A stretch of DNA of 64,000 nt from the NCBI RefSeq assembly GCF_964204645.1, contig NC_134026.1, positions 12,423,950 to 12,487,949 of the forward strand, in the 5' to 3' direction. The notes under the pieces were generated by a model. It saw nothing but the letters and a program-made list of their open reading frames with translations. It did no database searches and was not told the origin of the DNA. Origin of the DNA: Tubulanus polymorphus. Lineage: Eukaryota > Animalia > Nemertea. The position numbers and the translations under genes are program-made. Below are positions 61,246 through 64,000 of this stretch, piece by piece. Position 1 is the first letter of the stretch. Every line of letters begins with the position of its first letter.

Positions 61246-64000
61246 ATGGAAGCAAATAAGTACTACTGTCCAACATGTAATATCAATGTAGATAAATCCC
61301 AAAAATCAAGACACAATAAAACTAAAACACATTTAGAGAATAAATTGAAACTAGAATATAAAGATGATATATTAGAAACTAAATTAGATGAATTAAAGAA
61401 TGAAAAAGAAACATACAAATGTGATACATGTAATCAATCATTCAGTGATAAAAGATATTATAATGAACATTTAAAATCTAAAAGTCATATTAGAAATAAG
61501 AATAATGATATTTTAGGCGAAGATTATTTTGATAAAGATAATGATAAGAAACAGAAGACAATTAAAAGCATAAAAAATAAATTAAACAATAAAAGACCAT
61601 ACATGGAAGATGTAAGAAATTATATTAATTCATTAGATAATAAAAAAGATATAGAGATAACCGAAGCATTTAAAAGTGATATTGGCCCAGCAGCTATCGA
61701 GTTTAAATTTCATAAAGGAAAAACATTAGAAGAAAATAAAAAACATTTAGAAAATATGAAAGAAATAATAAAAATAATTACTGATGTCGAATATCCTAAA
61801 ATAAGTATTTCACCAAAAGTAAAGTTTATAAAATCTGAAGATAAACCAATATATAATATAAATTCTCATTCACAACATATTATATCTAAACAACATATAG
61901 ATGATAAATTAGATAAATGTTATAATGAAGTAAAAACTAAAATAGAAGAGAAATATTTTGAAGGATCTGGTTTAATATTTGATGAAATAATATTTATGAC
62001 TTTACATGTTTATAACACAAAATATAATAAGTTAACTAAATCAAAACCAATAGATGAAAATAATGTATCATATTATAAAGAACCAGATATTGAAGCATCG
62101 AGTTATATCAAACTACCATTTAAAACTAATGCTGTTATAAATGTACAAAATGAAGATGATAAATGTTTTCTATGGACAATCATAAGTTGTTTACATCCAA
62201 CAGAAGATATTACACATACTTATAGATTAACAAATTATAAACAATTTGAAAATAATTATAAGATAGATAAGTATCCTGTTATAATAAAAAACATCCCAAA
62301 AATAGAAAGAGATAATAATTTAAGAATAAATGTATTTGATTTATTCAAATTACCAAATACAAAAGGTAACAATATAAAACATCATACATTAGAACCTTTA
62401 TACCTATCAAAAGATTATGATTCAAATGATGTTATAGATATACTATATTATGAGAATCATTATATGTGGATTAAACAAATCGATTTATTTTTTAAATCAG
62501 AAAATGATCACCATAAAATATATCTTTGTAGAAAATGTTTACATAAATTCAGTAATGAAAGTACATTATTAAATCATAAACAATTATGTGAAAATCATGA
62601 TTATTGTAAATTAGTTTTACCAAATGAAAAGGATAAAATATTAGAATTCAAAAAATATGATTACAAAAATAAAGTACCATTTGTTATATATGGAGATTTT
62701 GAATCATTAAATAAAGAACTAACTGATCAAGATAGAAAAGAAATATATTATAAGAGAAAGAAATTAAATTCTAATGAAAATGATTTTTCAGATGAACCAC
62801 CAAAAACAAATACTATTAAAAAGATTCATCAATCAGCTGCAGCTTTCGGGTTATATATTAAATCTGATTATCCAGAACTAATTGAAAGTGAATATTATCA
62901 TTATAGAAATGAAAATGTTATCAATCATTTTTGTGACTTATTAATTGAATATGAAATAAGATTTAGTAAATTATTGAATACAAATATAGTAATTATAATG
63001 ACAGAAGAAGATAAAGAAGCATTTGCGTTTGCAGGTAAATGTTATTATTGTGAAAAGACATTTAATTATAAAGATAAAAAAGTAAGAGACCATGATCATT
63101 TGAATGGAAAGTTTAGAGGCGCTGCACATGAGAATTGTAATTTACAAGCTAAGAAAATTAATTTTGTACCAGTTATATTTCATAATCTATCAGGATATGA
63201 TGCACATTTATTTATCAAACAGTTATGTCATAAAATAGAAGAAATTAATAATGAAATAGAAAGATTAAATTCAAATAGATCAAAAGATAAAATACGAACT
63301 TATAAATTTAGAATGTTAGCTAAAACATCTGAGAATTATATATCATTCCAATTTGGTTGCCTAAGATTTATAGATTCGTATAGATTTTTAAATAGTTCAT
63401 TAGATAACTTATCAAAATCATTAGTTGATGATGAATTAAAGATATTAAAACAACACTACCCAAATAATGATGATTTTCAATTAATGAGATATAAAGGAGC
63501 AATTCCATATTCATTTTATAAATCACATAATGATTTTAACATAACTGAATTATTAAATGAACAATTCTATGATGAATTAAAAAATGAATATGTTAAAGAT
63601 GAAGTATATAATAGAACATTGAATATTTGGAATCATTTCAAAATAGAAAATCATGGGCAATTCGTAGATTTATATCTAAAATCAGATGTATTATTATTAA
63701 CCGATATATTCGAAAGGTTTAGAGATGTAAACCTAAAATATTTTAACATTGATCCTTGTCATTGTTATTCATCACCAGGATTAACATGGGATTGTGGATT
63801 AAAATTTACAGATATAAAAATGGATTTGTTAACAAATATAGATCAATTACTATTATTTGAAAAATCTATAAGAGGAGGAGTTTCAGGTGTATTAGGTGAC
63901 AGATATTTCAATGTAAATGATAACCCTGGATATAAGTTATTATATATAGATGCAAATAATTTGTATGGTTGGACAATGATGGAACCACAACCATATGGAG
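61246..64000 (+). CDS. Protein-primed family B DNA polymerase (group-2 Polinton type), open to the window end
   Basis: No stop seen over >900 codons (read by hand; absent from the ORF track, presumably because it lacks a stop). Two C2H2 fingers; vOTU-like KCFLW...NHYMWI; ExoI YGDFES; EndoVII/HNH-like CYYC..VRDHDHLNGKFRGAAHENCN; ExoII FHNLSGYD; RGGVS; motif A YIDANNLYG. Confidence 0.96.
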   Translation, partial: MEANKYYCPTCNINVDKSQKSRHNKTKTHLENKLKLEYKDDILETKLDELKNEKETYKCDTCNQSFSDKRYYNEHLKSKSHIRNKNNDILGEDYFDKDNDKKQKTIKSIKNKLNNKRPYMEDVRNYINSLDNKKDIEITEAFKSDIGPAAIEFKFHKGKTLEENKKHLENMKEIIKIITDVEYPKISISPKVKFIKSEDKPIYNINSHSQHIISKQHIDDKLDKCYNEVKTKIEEKYFEGSGLIFDEIIFMTLHVYNTKYNKLTKSKPIDENNVSYYKEPDIEASSYIKLPFKTNAVINVQNEDDKCFLWTIISCLHPTEDITHTYRLTNYKQFENNYKIDKYPVIIKNIPKIERDNNLRINVFDLFKLPNTKGNNIKHHTLEPLYLSKDYDSNDVIDILYYENHYMWIKQIDLFFKSENDHHKIYLCRKCLHKFSNESTLLNHKQLCENHDYCKLVLPNEKDKILEFKKYDYKNKVPFVIYGDFESLNKELTDQDRKEIYYKRKKLNSNENDFSDEPPKTNTIKKIHQSAAAFGLYIKSDYPELIESEYYHYRNENVINHFCDLLIEYEIRFSKLLNTNIVIIMTEEDKEAFAFAGKCYYCEKTFNYKDKKVRDHDHLNGKFRGAAHENCNLQAKKINFVPVIFHNLSGYDAHLFIKQLCHKIEEINNEIERLNSNRSKDKIRTYKFRMLAKTSENYISFQFGCLRFIDSYRFLNSSLDNLSKSLVDDELKILKQHYPNNDDFQLMRYKGAIPYSFYKSHNDFNITELLNEQFYDELKNEYVKDEVYNRTLNIWNHFKIENHGQFVDLYLKSDVLLLTDIFERFRDVNLKYFNIDPCHCYSSPGLTWDCGLKFTDIKMDLLTNIDQLLLFEKSIRGGVSGVLGDRYFNVNDNPGYKLLYIDANNLYGWTMMEPQPYG

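Larger units (their letters stand above)
60779..64000 (+). mobile_element. Polinton copy D, left end (continues beyond the window)
   Basis: Begins AGTAATAGGGG, with a terminal palindrome and an uninterrupted pPolB ORF. Predicted left TSD copy TGTGCT (60773-60778). Confidence 0.92.

Noticed and set aside
62920-62935. Poxvirus early terminator (TTTTTNT) logic as support for helper-virus transcription
   Set aside because: A sense-strand TTTTTGT occurs inside the uninterrupted pPolB ORF, so strict vaccinia-type early termination is not supported.

Overview
This is eukaryotic DNA: AT-rich, with GT-AG introns, probably from an invertebrate animal (host not identifiable from the sequence). It is almost entirely nested mobile DNA, with no clear host gene. 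At least four or five group-2 Polinton/Maverick (adintovirus-like) copies are present. Copy A (1-~5810) is degraded and carries a packaging ATPase start, chromo-integrase, major and minor capsid genes and the pPolB C-terminus. Further fragments lie at ~9.1-10.3 kb. Copy C (~20570-22717 and 55523-55771) carries an HNH gene and pPolB. Copy B (22718-55522) has both TIRs and a 6-bp GTTTAT TSD and is inserted into the pPolB of C. Copy D (60779 to the window end) has an uninterrupted pPolB ORF. B's pPolB is split by a ~21.3-kb non-autonomous Helentron. That Helentron contains a CaRF-like MULE (9-bp TSD, itself holding a long-TIR MITE with an 8-bp TSD), a BEL/Pao LTR element with both LTRs (5-bp TSD) and an intron-rich pogo-like transposase gene. 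The window also holds a 9.85-kb Foldback/MULE-type element with a 9-bp TSD, a second BEL fragment and an ISL2EU-like element (THAP-DDE plus YqaJ). The most notable observations are: (i) each visible Polinton end is itself a 130-390 bp palindrome (only the inner half survives in C) that recreates the AGTAAT terminus internally; (ii) a two-class upstream motif system, with TAAATG on structural/integration genes and ATCAATTTTAATAAAAA on replication-side genes, recalling poxvirus/NCLDV-type transcription. All calls come from manual reading; no database searches were run.
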